Part shown: positions 18,184 through 29,912 of the stretch, in pieces
Layout of the letters: every line of letters starts with the position of its first letter
How positions within the stretch are numbered: the first letter of the stretch is position 1
Origin: an uncultured Porphyromonadaceae bacterium
GTDB lineage: Bacteria > Bacteroidota > Bacteroidia > Bacteroidales > Muribaculaceae
NCBI GenBank assembly: GCA_945916235.1
Contig: CAMEGQ010000002.1
Location: forward strand, 4,786-68,785
DNA length: 64,000 nt
Direction of reading: 5' to 3'
Translations under genes and position numbers: made by a program
The notes under the pieces: generated by a model
What the model saw: the letters and a program-made list of their open reading frames with translations, nothing else
Told to the model about the DNA's origin: nothing
Databases searched by the model: none

Positions 18184-18232
18184 CCCGCGCCGCTTACACT
18201 GCTGAAATATTTATCTTAACCCATATAGATCC

Positions 18233-19483
18233 ATGAAAGAAGAGACAATCAAGAAAGCATACGAGCTTGCCAAAGAGCGCTATGCAGCTATCGGAGTTGA
18301 CACTGAAAAGGTGCTCGGACTGATGCAGGATTTCCATCTGAGCATGCACTGCTGGCAGGCCGACGACGTGGCAGGCTTCGAAAATCAGGGCCCGCTGACA
18401 GGCGGCATCCAGTGCAACGGCAACTATCCCGGCAAAGCCCGCAATATCGACGAGCTGCGCGCCGACATCCTCTACGCCATGTCGGTAATCCCCGGCAAAC
18501 ATCGCCTCAACCTCCACGAAATCTATGGCGATTTCCGGGGTAAGAGGGTCGACCGCGACGAAGTGACCGTGGAATATTTCCAGAGCTGGATCGACTGGGC
18601 CAAGGCCAACGACATCAAGCTTGACTTCAACTCCACAAGCTTTTCCCATCCCAAATCGGGCGACCTCACGCTGGCCAACCCCGACAAAGCCATCCGCGAC
18701 TTCTGGATCGAGCACAGCAAGCGCTGCCGCGCCATAGCGCAGGCCATGGGCGAGGCTCAGGGCGACCCCTGCATTATGAACACATGGATCCACGACGGCT
18801 CCAAAGACCTCACCGTCAACCGTTACCTCTACCGCGAGCTGCTCAAGGATGCTCTTGACCAGATTTTCGAGCATAAATACGATTTTATGAAGGACTCGGT
18901 GGAGTCGAAGGTGTTCGGTATCGGTCTGGAAAGCTTCACAGCCGGTTCTAGCGACTTTTACACAGCCTACGCTGCCAAAAACGATATGATGATCACCCTC
19001 GACACCGGCCACTTCCACCCGACCGAGAGCGTGGCCGACAAAGTGTCGGCGATGCTGCTCTTCGTGCCTGAGCTGATGCTCCATGTCAGCCGCCCCGTGC
19101 GCTGGGACTCCGACCATGTGACCATCATGGATGACCCCACGCTCGACCTCTTTTCGGAAATCGTGCGCGCAGGCGCCCTCAACCGCGTACACTACGGTCT
19201 GGACTACTTCGACGGTACTCTCAACCGCATCGGCGCCTACGTGGTCGGCTCTCGCGCTGCTCAGAAGTGTATGCTTCGCGCCCTGCTGGAGCCTGTCGCC
19301 ACTCTGCGTCAGTATGAGCTTGCTGACAATAGATTCGAACGCCTCGCCCTGCTCGAGGAGTGCAAGGCGCTCCCCTGGAACGCTGTCTACGATATGTTCT
19401 GCCTGCGCAACAATGTGCCTGTAGGCGAGGACTATATCGCCGCCGTTCAGCAGTATGAAAAAGACGTGACCTCCAAACGTTAA
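18233..19483 (+). CDS. rhaA: L-rhamnose isomerase
   Basis: 416 aa, close to E. coli RhaA in length, with motifs HCWQ.DDV.GFE and LDTGHFHPTE. Confidence 0.9.
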   Translation: MKEETIKKAYELAKERYAAIGVDTEKVLGLMQDFHLSMHCWQADDVAGFENQGPLTGGIQCNGNYPGKARNIDELRADILYAMSVIPGKHRLNLHEIYGDFRGKRVDRDEVTVEYFQSWIDWAKANDIKLDFNSTSFSHPKSGDLTLANPDKAIRDFWIEHSKRCRAIAQAMGEAQGDPCIMNTWIHDGSKDLTVNRYLYRELLKDALDQIFEHKYDFMKDSVESKVFGIGLESFTAGSSDFYTAYAAKNDMMITLDTGHFHPTESVADKVSAMLLFVPELMLHVSRPVRWDSDHVTIMDDPTLDLFSEIVRAGALNRVHYGLDYFDGTLNRIGAYVVGSRAAQKCMLRALLEPVATLRQYELADNRFERLALLEECKALPWNAVYDMFCLRNNVPVGEDYIAAVQQYEKDVTSKR

Positions 19484-19504
19484 TCCAGGCATCCTTTTTC
19501 AGGT

Positions 19505-20539
19505 ATGGAAATACTGTTCGGACTTCTCATCATAGCCGTAGGCGCCTTCTGCCAGTCGAGCTGCTATGTCCCCATCAATAAGATAAAGGATTGGAGCTGG
19601 GAGAGCTACTGGATAGTGCAGGGCGTATTCGCCTGGCTTGTGCTCCCGTTTGTGGGCGCGCTGCTGGCCGTGCCTGCCGGACATTCGCTCTGCGAGCTTT
19701 TCACCGCCGCCAACTCGTTCAATATCCTGATGACGATCGTCTTCGGAGTGCTCTGGGGCATCGGCGGCCTCACCTTCGGCCTCTCGATGCGCTATCTCGG
19801 AGTGGCCCTCGGCCAGTCGATAGCCCTCGGCACCTGCGCCGCGCTGGGCACCATCATGGGCCCTGTGCTCCTCAACGTTTTCTTCCCCGAAAACGATCCG
19901 CTTTCGCAGCTCACCTTCTCGGTGGTGCTCGGAGTGGTGGTCACCCTTATCGGCATCGCCATCATCGGCATCGCCGGAGCCATGAAATCCGCTTCACTCA
20001 GCGATCAGGAGAAGAAGCAGGCTGTCAAAGACTTCAACTTCCCCAAAGGGATATGCATCGCCCTGCTTGCCGGCTTCATGAGCGGCTGCTTCAATGTGGG
20101 GCTGGAGTTCGGCGCCGGCATCAATTTCGGAGATCTGACCGACCCGATGTTCCGCACCCTTCCCGCCACCTTCCTGGTGACGCTCGGCGGCTTCGTGACC
20201 AACGCCGTCTACTGCTTCTATCAGAACACCCGCAATAAGACGTGGGGCGACTATGGAAAGCTGACGGTGCTGGGCCACAATCTGCTTTTCTGCCTTCTGG
20301 CCGGTGCACTCTGGTACAGCCAGTTCTTCGGTCTGGCTCTCGGCAAAGGCTTCCTGACCGGTTCGCCCACGCTGATGACCCTCTCATTCTGCATCCTGAT
20401 GGCCCTTAACGTGGTGTTCTCCAACGTATGGGGCATTATCCTGAAGGAGTGGAAGGGGTGCTCAGGCAAGACCATCGCAGTGCTCATCGCAGGCATCGCG
20501 GTCCTGATAGTGTCTACCTTCCTGCCGCAAACCCTCTGA
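19505..20539 (+). CDS. rhaT: L-rhamnose/H+ symporter
   Basis: 344 aa, the same length as E. coli RhaT. It is a 10-TM DMT-type protein with GAFCQSSCYVPINK...W.SYW. Confidence 0.9.
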   Translation: MEILFGLLIIAVGAFCQSSCYVPINKIKDWSWESYWIVQGVFAWLVLPFVGALLAVPAGHSLCELFTAANSFNILMTIVFGVLWGIGGLTFGLSMRYLGVALGQSIALGTCAALGTIMGPVLLNVFFPENDPLSQLTFSVVLGVVVTLIGIAIIGIAGAMKSASLSDQEKKQAVKDFNFPKGICIALLAGFMSGCFNVGLEFGAGINFGDLTDPMFRTLPATFLVTLGGFVTNAVYCFYQNTRNKTWGDYGKLTVLGHNLLFCLLAGALWYSQFFGLALGKGFLTGSPTLMTLSFCILMALNVVFSNVWGIILKEWKGCSGKTIAVLIAGIAVLIVSTFLPQTL

Positions 20540-20564
20540 AATCAAATGTGTAAATAGTAATAAA

Positions 20565-21380
20565 ATGAAACACAGTATATTAGACAATCGCCCCGGTCTT
20601 GCGAAGCAGGTGATGGATGTGGCCGAAGTGGCCGGCTATCTCTGGCAGAAAGGGTGGGCCGAGCGTAACGGCGGCAACATCACGGTCAATGTCACCGAGC
20701 ATGTCGACGATGAAATCCGCCGTATGCCCGCCATCTCCGAGCCGCGCCCCATCGGCATGACCCTCCCTCACCTGAAGGGGTGCTACTTCTATTGTAAAGG
20801 AACCAACCGCCGTATGCGCGACCTGGCCCGCTGGCCGATGGAGAACGGCTCCGTAATCCGCATTCTCGACGATTGCGCTCACTATGAGATCATTGCCGAC
20901 AATCCCGTGGCTCCCACCTCAGAACTTCCGTCGCATCTGGCTGTCCACAACTACCTCATAGCCAAGGGCTCACCATACAAAGCCTCGGTTCATACCCATC
21001 CCATCGAGCTGGTGGCCATGAGCCATAATCCGGAATTTCTGAAGAAGGATGTGCTCACCCGTCTGCTCTGGTCGATGATACCCGAGACCAAGGCCTTCGC
21101 TCCGCGCGGCCTCGGCATAGTGCCCTATATGCTCCCCTCAAGCGCCGAGCTGGCCGACGCCACCATCCGTACCATCGACGACGATTACGACGTGGTGATG
21201 TGGGAGAAGCATGGCGTATTCGCCGTGGATGCCGATGTAATTTCAGCTTTCGACCAGATCGATGTACTCAACAAGTCGGCCAACATCTACATGTGCGCCC
21301 GCTCGATGGGCTTCGTCCCCGACGGCATGACCGACGCCCAGATGCAGCAGATCACCGACGTCTTCCATCTCCCCAAATAA
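20565..21380 (+). CDS. rhaD: Rhamnulose-1-phosphate aldolase (class II aldolase)
   Basis: 271 aa. KGWAERNGGNITV and PTSELPSHL align with E. coli RhaD KGWDERNGGNLTL and PTSELPAHF. Confidence 0.9.
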   Translation: MKHSILDNRPGLAKQVMDVAEVAGYLWQKGWAERNGGNITVNVTEHVDDEIRRMPAISEPRPIGMTLPHLKGCYFYCKGTNRRMRDLARWPMENGSVIRILDDCAHYEIIADNPVAPTSELPSHLAVHNYLIAKGSPYKASVHTHPIELVAMSHNPEFLKKDVLTRLLWSMIPETKAFAPRGLGIVPYMLPSSAELADATIRTIDDDYDVVMWEKHGVFAVDADVISAFDQIDVLNKSANIYMCARSMGFVPDGMTDAQMQQITDVFHLPK

Positions 21381-21382
21381 CC

Positions 21383-21427
21383 CCTTATACGACTTATTAG
21401 ATTTATTAGAATTATAAGAATTATAAG
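21383..21427. repeat. 9-bp tandem repeat, ~5 units (ccttatacg/acttattag/atttattag/aattataag/aattataag)
   Basis: Read directly in the convergent intergenic region between rhaD and GH97. It has the same 9-bp period and TTAT core as the array at 2772-2816. Confidence 0.85.
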
Positions 21428-21444
21428 ATTTCTCTCCAATAAAT

Positions 21445-21477
21445 GACACCCCGGCAGGCTGATCCTCCCGGGGTGTC
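21445..21477. terminator. Bidirectional terminator hairpin between convergent rhaD and GH97
   Basis: Perfect 10-bp GC-rich stem gacaccccgg/ccggggtgtc with a 13-nt loop. Confidence 0.65.
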
Positions 21478-21498
21478 GTTTATCCGTGTTTCTTTAGC

Positions 21499-23691
<2,193 letters not shown>

Positions 23692-23728
23692 TTATATACA
23701 GGGATAGAGCCGGATCTGTCGGAGGGGA

Positions 23729-24304
23729 TCAGAACCAGAGCACGGAGAGGCCGCCGAGGAGCCGGCGCAGCTTGGTCAGGGCGCGGTGGAGTAGATTCAT
23801 CGACGACTGCTCCTTGATGTTGAGCATCAGGGCCAGCTCCTTGTGGGTCAGCCCCTTGACGTAGCGCAGATAGACGGCCATACGCTGGTTGCCGTTCAGG
23901 CGGTTGAAGGCGTTGATTACCTTCTGGCGCTCGTCGATCTCCTCGTCGCTCATCTGCTCGCGGATGGCCGTGATGATAAATTCCTCGCTGATCTCCGAGA
24001 AGGGGAGCTCGTCGAGCGGGAAGTGGGGCTTTACGGTTTTGAGGCGGTCGAATATGATATTTTTCAGCGCTACCAGGAGCCAGGGGCGCACGTATATCAC
24101 ATTCGAGAACAGCCTCGGATTGCAGATGAGTTTGACGAACAGATCCTGAATGCAGTCCTTGATGAAATCCGCATCATTGAAATATTTCAGGCCAAAATTG
24201 AGCATGAGCTCATAGTGGCGCTTGTAAAGCGTCTCTATGGCCTTGGTCTCGCCCCGGGAGGCAAGCCGACAAAGCTCCAGATCGGTCAGCTCCTTATATT
24301 CCAA
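23729..24304 (-). CDS. ECF-type RNA polymerase sigma-70 factor (apparent TTG start)
   Basis: 191 aa. Region 2 is ETLYKRHYELMLNFGLKYFNDADFIKDCIQDLFVKL and region 4 HTH is QRMAVYLRYVKGLTHKELALMLNIKEQSSMNLLHRALTKLR. No in-frame ATG lies upstream of region 2. Confidence 0.8.
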   Translation of the reverse strand: MEYKELTDLELCRLASRGETKAIETLYKRHYELMLNFGLKYFNDADFIKDCIQDLFVKLICNPRLFSNVIYVRPWLLVALKNIIFDRLKTVKPHFPLDELPFSEISEEFIITAIREQMSDEEIDERQKVINAFNRLNGNQRMAVYLRYVKGLTHKELALMLNIKEQSSMNLLHRALTKLRRLLGGLSVLWF

Positions 24305-24376
24305 TGTTATAGGTATCTACAGGTCAGTTATTTGTCAGCCTAAACGGCTTCTTCCGCAATCTAAGGGTGCGCCGGT

Positions 24377-26806
24377 TCAGCGCTTGTTCCATTTGCTGTC
24401 GAGCAGCTTGATGAAGTAGGCGCCTACCACCGAGCGGTTGCTGAATATCTGATGCTCGGGGCGGTCGGTCCAGAACCAGTCGGTCATCGGGACGCGGTCG
24501 ACGGTCTCGTCCATGAACATCCATACGGGATGCACCAGCGCCTTGAAGTCTGCCTCATTGCCGGCCATCGTAGCCGACCATATTATCCAGTCGGTCTTGG
24601 AGTATTTTTCGCGGCTGTCAAGCGGCAGGCCGTAGAGGTTCATCTTCGTCAGATAGTAGGCTGTCTCCTTGTCAAATACTTTCTTCGGGAAAAGATTCCA
24701 GCCGAACAGCTTGTCCCACACCAGATTGTACTTCTGGCTCCATGTGTCGGGACGGTCGAACGTCAGGCGGTAGTGGTCGCCGTCGTCGGCCATCTTCTCC
24801 CACTGCTTCGCCATCTCGGCCGCCTTCTTCATGTATGCTTTGCCGGTCTTTTTATCTCCCTGCATATCAGCCAAGTAGCCATAGGCTGCAATACCCAGAA
24901 TAGCTTTGCCCGAGAGGTTGGCGTTGTGAGCCACATGTCCGGCGAAATCGTCGGTGCAGAGCTGATTCTCCGGATCCAGACCATACTTCTCCAGGTAGTT
25001 GACCCATTTGGTCAGCGTGGCCCAGTGGCGGGCGGCGAAGTCGGCGTTCCCTTCGGCCTTGGCGATGGCGGCTGCCATGATGAGCATGTTGCCGCTCTCC
25101 TCCACAGGCATGTCGCCGCCGTAGTTCTGGCCCAGACCGCGCGGATAGCGGCCGATGTCGTGGGCGGCGAAATCCTTGTCCCAGCTGTCGGAAGCGCAAT
25201 AGTCAAGAATCGGGTTCATCAGCCCCTTGGCCAGCTCCACATTGTAGCAGAGGAACAGCGGCACCGAGGGGTAGGAGAGGTCGACCGTGCCGATGGAGCC
25301 GTTGCTGTTGTTCTCCTTCGAGAGATAGAGCAGCAGCCCTTCGGGAGTCTCGATGAGCTTGTGGGCGGCGAATGTCTGGCGCCATGCCAGAGTGCAGAGG
25401 TCGGCGTATTCCGGTCCGCCGGCGGCTGTGGCAGCCTCGACCATATCCCGGTTGAATTCCGAGCAGCGCTTCATGATTGAGTCGTAATCGCGGGCGGCGA
25501 GCTCAAACTGACGGGCTATCGTTTCCGTCCCCTTGCGGTTCCAGTAGGGGCGGATGGCGCGGCCCATATAGTTGATGGCCTCCACATCGTCGTATCCGGC
25601 CATGACGTACCCCTTGGCCTGAGCCTTGTCGCCAAGATCACGCACGATGGTCAGACGCTTGCCGGCCGTGGAGAAGGTGGTGTTCTTATTGTCGGCGGCC
25701 AGATAGAAATAGCCCCAGTCGATGCGTCGGTCGTCGCCCCACTTCTCGAGTGAGCGCTGACCGACCGTACCGGTGCGCAGCAGGGTCAGGTCGCCGGCTT
25801 TTTCAGCCGATTCCGCGGTAGGCTGGCCCGGATAATCCACTGCAAACAGCGGCGAAGCCTCCAGGCGCAGGCTGAGCTTGTGCGGCTTGCCGTCGAGCGA
25901 GCGCACATCGTAGGAGATGTAGTTCACCGGACGCCCGGCCAGCTCTATGTCGTCGGGGAGGAAGGGGGCAGTGAAAGTGATGTCGAGCGCTACAGGGCCG
26001 CATACGAAGCTGTATTTAGTCTGGGTGGGCATCAGGTCGATGTCGGTCTGCTGTGCCGTGCGCACATAGTCGCTTTTTGCCTGAGGCTGCGCGATGAGAG
26101 CGAAATCTATCACTCCGTAGCCCGTATTGTTCACGGCCTTGGCGGCGATAAGGTTTTTGCCCGGATGGATGGCTGCTGCGGCCTCGGCAGGCAGCTTCAC
26201 CAGACGATGGTCGGCGGGCGATGTAGCCTTCAGAGCCTGTACGCCGTTGATGTAGATGTCAGCTGCATCATCGTATGTAGCCTCCAGCAGCAGGGTGGCG
26301 GGGTCAGTCCCCTCGGGGATGTCGACCCAGCGGCGCACCCAGATATAGGGCGCATCCCAACGTGTGCGGGCGCCGGTCTTGCAGAATTCGTTCTTGATCA
26401 TCACGAACTCCCCGTTCTCGCCGTCGGTGGCGAAGGCGGCCTCACCATTGGTCCAGCTGCTGTCGTCATAGTCGGGCAAAGCCCAGCCTGCGGCAGGCGT
26501 CTCCGTGGTGTAGTTGGCTGACCAACGGCCCCACTCCGAGTTGGGAGCGATGCTCTCGGCTGTGGCAAACTCCTGCCCGAGGAAGCGGTAAGCTACCGAG
26601 TCGACCGTCAGCACTCCCATCAGAGGATGCTCTTTCATGGTCCAGTGGCGCGTGGCGTCGCTGTAGAGCGTGTCGGCACACGACCAAAGATTCACCGACG
26701 GGTCGATGGCAAAAAGCTGATAAGCCGGAGCTCGCAATCCGGTGCGGGCTCCGACTGTAGGGATCATAGCCGTAGCTATGACTAAGGATATGAATAATTT
26801 TTTCAT
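24377..26806 (-). CDS. Glutaminase-A-like putative glycoside hydrolase (DUF4964/DUF5127/DUF4965/DUF1793 architecture)
   Basis: Start set at MKKLFISLVIATAMIP (signal peptide). SKENNSNGSIGTVDLSYPSVPLFL, AAHDIGRYP..GGDMPVEESGNMLIMAAAI and LCTDDFAGHVAHNANLS match my recollection of the GtaA/DUF4965 family. Confidence 0.7.
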   Translation of the reverse strand: MKKLFISLVIATAMIPTVGARTGLRAPAYQLFAIDPSVNLWSCADTLYSDATRHWTMKEHPLMGVLTVDSVAYRFLGQEFATAESIAPNSEWGRWSANYTTETPAAGWALPDYDDSSWTNGEAAFATDGENGEFVMIKNEFCKTGARTRWDAPYIWVRRWVDIPEGTDPATLLLEATYDDAADIYINGVQALKATSPADHRLVKLPAEAAAAIHPGKNLIAAKAVNNTGYGVIDFALIAQPQAKSDYVRTAQQTDIDLMPTQTKYSFVCGPVALDITFTAPFLPDDIELAGRPVNYISYDVRSLDGKPHKLSLRLEASPLFAVDYPGQPTAESAEKAGDLTLLRTGTVGQRSLEKWGDDRRIDWGYFYLAADNKNTTFSTAGKRLTIVRDLGDKAQAKGYVMAGYDDVEAINYMGRAIRPYWNRKGTETIARQFELAARDYDSIMKRCSEFNRDMVEAATAAGGPEYADLCTLAWRQTFAAHKLIETPEGLLLYLSKENNSNGSIGTVDLSYPSVPLFLCYNVELAKGLMNPILDYCASDSWDKDFAAHDIGRYPRGLGQNYGGDMPVEESGNMLIMAAAIAKAEGNADFAARHWATLTKWVNYLEKYGLDPENQLCTDDFAGHVAHNANLSGKAILGIAAYGYLADMQGDKKTGKAYMKKAAEMAKQWEKMADDGDHYRLTFDRPDTWSQKYNLVWDKLFGWNLFPKKVFDKETAYYLTKMNLYGLPLDSREKYSKTDWIIWSATMAGNEADFKALVHPVWMFMDETVDRVPMTDWFWTDRPEHQIFSNRSVVGAYFIKLLDSKWNKR

Positions 26807-26870
26807 TTGCTGGATGTTATTTGACTGGTAAGGCCTGACGTCCTGTGCCGTGACCGGCATGATGAAAGGT

Positions 26871-28361
26871 TTATTTGGCGGGTACCACCGAGAGAATCGT
26901 GTTGGGAGCCAGCGTGAGCGTCACTGCTCCGTCGGTTACCTTGATTTTCTGAGCTGTCCCTTCTCCGTCGGGCTCCACGGGGGTAACCATGACGGCTTTC
27001 ACGTCGCTCCACCCCTTGGGAAGCTTCCAGGTGCGGTTCTGGTAGCCGTCCTGCGAGTAGGCCATGATTTCGCGGCCGTCCTGACGCCATACTACAGGGA
27101 AGAATACGTCGTTCCCCTGGCGCAGCAGCGTGTCGCCCTGCTTCACTGTCTTGGCTTTCCAGTCGGTTACCACTGAGTCGGAGTAGTAGACGCGCTCGTT
27201 GGCCTCGTCGTAGTTTTCCAGCTTCAGGGTGTTGTAGAAGAGATAGGGTAGGGTGCGGGTGGCCACGCCCAGTTTGGCGCGGTTCCAGGCCTCGGCCCAG
27301 TTCTTGTCTTTATGGAGGTCAACGAAGTTGAAATCGTCTTCTGCCTGATAGTTGTCGCCGAAGAGGAATGTCTCTTTCAGCCAGAGCTTGCCGAATTTGC
27401 CCTCCTGACCGCCGGCGAGCAGCGATGCGGGAATCTTGGCGCGCTCGGCGCCGCTGAGGTCGAGCCACCATGCGGCGGGGCTCAGGCCGATCATCGGGTC
27501 GCAGCGCTGGCCGTTGTGAATGAATTCGATGGTGACGTCCACACCCTTGTTGCGCATGTAGCGCAGCATCTTGCGCATGGCCTCCTCCTGCTGGGCCATA
27601 TTCTGGCCGTTCCCGGGGCTCATGCGGGCATAGTAGGCGTCGCAGTGCATCGTGCCGGCGTCTTTAAGCTCCACCAGCTCGATCAGGCCGTCGAGGCGCT
27701 TCTGCAGGAATCCTTTCTGCCATTCGTTGGCGATGTTGACGTCGTACATCGGCTGCCCGTTGAACACGGCGCGCGTGATCAGGTTCCCGTCGGTGTCGCG
27801 GCAGATGAAGTCGTTTTCGGAATACTCCTTCCAGAGCGGCGAGTCGGGCTCGGCGTCCTGAACCAGCACATGCACGCTGACTGTGGTGTTGTATTTCTTG
27901 GCCTCTTCGCGCAGCCAGCGGTAGCTGTCGCGCGCTGTGGCATCCTGCGGACGCTTCAGAGCCTCGTTGAATCGGTCGAAAGCCGGATATTTGCAGTCGT
28001 GGCCTTCAAACTGCCACCCCACGAGGTAGACAATCTTGGGCACTCCGCGGCTGATGCGGTCAAGCCCTTTGATCATCTCCAGAGCCTCTTCGAAGTTGAT
28101 GCCGACGTTCGAGCCTCCCTTCTGGTCGGGGCGCGCCATGAAGAATTTGTGCATCATTAGCTTGTCGTACTGATGCATGTAGGGGCGCTCGGGCTTCATA
28201 GTGGCGGTGTAGTCGTAGGGAGCGCCCGAGATGGTGTCGTTCCAGTCGGGCAGGGCGTTGAATCGCTTTTGGGCTTCTGCGGCGTCGAAAGCCTGAGCCG
28301 TCAGCCCTCCCAGAAGGAGAGCCGACGCTGAGGCGATGAGTAAGTGTGCTATCTTTGACAT
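26871..28361 (-). CDS. Secreted putative glycosidase, GH101/GH129-like (endo-alpha-N-acetylgalactosaminidase-family-like) domain, paralog 1
   Basis: 496 aa with an SPI signal peptide. Blocks shared with 28371-29903 and with the C-terminus of 44059-47832 are ERPYMH.YD, KIVYLVGWQFEGHDCKYPAF, YNTTVSVHV, HCDAYYAR, GVDVTIEF and WWLD. The family name rests on recollection of the VGWQ..GHD motif and is unverified. Confidence 0.55.
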   Translation of the reverse strand: MSKIAHLLIASASALLLGGLTAQAFDAAEAQKRFNALPDWNDTISGAPYDYTATMKPERPYMHQYDKLMMHKFFMARPDQKGGSNVGINFEEALEMIKGLDRISRGVPKIVYLVGWQFEGHDCKYPAFDRFNEALKRPQDATARDSYRWLREEAKKYNTTVSVHVLVQDAEPDSPLWKEYSENDFICRDTDGNLITRAVFNGQPMYDVNIANEWQKGFLQKRLDGLIELVELKDAGTMHCDAYYARMSPGNGQNMAQQEEAMRKMLRYMRNKGVDVTIEFIHNGQRCDPMIGLSPAAWWLDLSGAERAKIPASLLAGGQEGKFGKLWLKETFLFGDNYQAEDDFNFVDLHKDKNWAEAWNRAKLGVATRTLPYLFYNTLKLENYDEANERVYYSDSVVTDWKAKTVKQGDTLLRQGNDVFFPVVWRQDGREIMAYSQDGYQNRTWKLPKGWSDVKAVMVTPVEPDGEGTAQKIKVTDGAVTLTLAPNTILSVVPAK

Positions 28362-28370
28362 TGTATGTGC

Positions 28371-29903
28371 TTAGTTGGGAATTTGGATGGAGAGCATTTC
28401 GTTGGGTTCGAGCGAGAGCTGGATGGTGCCGTTGGTCACGCTGACCTCCTGAGGCTCGCCCAGGCCGCTTTCGCTGATGGTATAGACGGTCACATGGTCT
28501 GCGCCGGCCCAGTCGGCGGGCAGCGTCCACGTCTTGCGGTTGTAGCCGTTGACCGAGTAAGCCATTATCTCCTTATGGTCGGTGATCCACAGCAGCGGGA
28601 AGAAGATATTGTTGTGGTCGCGCAGGGTCACTCCGTTTTGGGTTACGGTCTGATTCTTGTAGTCAGACTTCAGCCCGTCGGAGTAGGTGACTGTCTGCTT
28701 GTCATTGTCGTATGCTTCCACCTTGTGACGGTTGAAATACATGTAGGGGATAGTGTACAGGCAGATCCCCTGACGTGCTTTCTTGAACGAGTTTTCAATA
28801 TTCTTCGACACATTGTTGTCGATATAGTTGAAGTCGTTCTCAAGCTGGTAGTTGTCGCCGAAGAGGAAGGCTTCCTGTTCCCAGAAGCTGTTGAACTTGC
28901 CCGACTTGCCGCCTGCGATGAGCGTGGCGGGGAGTTTGGCGCGCTGCTCGCAGTTGATGTCGAGCCACCATGAGGCCGGGTTAAGGCCGATCATCGGGTC
29001 GATGCGCTCGTTGTTGTCAAGGAATTCTATGGTGACGTCGACCTCCTTGTCGCGCATGTAGCGCAGCATCTTGCGCATCACTACCTCGATCTGCTCTACG
29101 GTGGTGCCGTGGTACGGGCTTTCGCGGGCATAGAAGGCGTCGCAGTGGAGGGTCTTGGTCTTATCCAGACGTACCAGGTCGGCAAGCTCCGTCAGGCGCT
29201 TCTGGAGCATCCCCTTCTGCCATTCCTTTACGATGTTGACATTGTACATCGGCAGGCCGTTGAGGGTACCGCGGGTGTAGAATGTGCCGGAAGCGGTCTT
29301 GCAGAGGAAGTCGTTCTTGACATAGGTGTGCCACAGCGGCGAGTTCTGCTCGGCATCGTGCACATTGATGTGGACCGACACGGTGGTGTTGTATTTCTCG
29401 GCCTCATCCTGAAGCCAGTAGAAGCTGTCTTTGGCCGTGGCGTCCTCCGGGCGTTTCAGAGCCTCGTTGAATTCGTGGAATGCGGGATATTTCCAGTCGT
29501 GGCCGGCATACTGCCATCCTACCAGGTATACGATCTTATGCACTCCGCGGGTGAGGTTGTCGATGCGCTTGATGATTTCCAGCGCATCCTCCATGGTCAG
29601 GTTGACATTGGGGGTATCGTCTGATTTGGGGCGCGCCATGAACAGCTTCATCATCATCGACTGCGAATAGTCGTGCATATACGGGCGCTCAGGCTCCATA
29701 GTGACGCTGTAGTCGTAGACATCGCCGTTGACCTGGTCGTCCCAGTCGGGCAGAGGCGTCACCTCTTCCATCATGGGGATTTCCTCCTCGTCGGAGCAGG
29801 AAGTGAGCACCATCGGGGCAGCTGCCGCCATGAAGGCGGCTGCTGTCAGGGCTGCTTTTCCGATGATTGCAGATTTTATATCGATTTTCATTTTGAAAGT
29901 CAT
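28371..29903 (-). CDS. Lipoprotein, putative glycosidase with GH101/GH129-like domain, paralog 2
   Basis: 510 aa with lipobox VLTSC and the same conserved blocks (KIVYLVGWQYAGHDWKYPAF, HCDAFYAR, DVTIEF, WWLD). It lies in tandem with paralog 1, 9 nt apart. Confidence 0.55.
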   Translation of the reverse strand: MTFKMKIDIKSAIIGKAALTAAAFMAAAAPMVLTSCSDEEEIPMMEEVTPLPDWDDQVNGDVYDYSVTMEPERPYMHDYSQSMMMKLFMARPKSDDTPNVNLTMEDALEIIKRIDNLTRGVHKIVYLVGWQYAGHDWKYPAFHEFNEALKRPEDATAKDSFYWLQDEAEKYNTTVSVHINVHDAEQNSPLWHTYVKNDFLCKTASGTFYTRGTLNGLPMYNVNIVKEWQKGMLQKRLTELADLVRLDKTKTLHCDAFYARESPYHGTTVEQIEVVMRKMLRYMRDKEVDVTIEFLDNNERIDPMIGLNPASWWLDINCEQRAKLPATLIAGGKSGKFNSFWEQEAFLFGDNYQLENDFNYIDNNVSKNIENSFKKARQGICLYTIPYMYFNRHKVEAYDNDKQTVTYSDGLKSDYKNQTVTQNGVTLRDHNNIFFPLLWITDHKEIMAYSVNGYNRKTWTLPADWAGADHVTVYTISESGLGEPQEVSVTNGTIQLSLEPNEMLSIQIPN

Positions 29904-29912
29904 TTGATTGGA

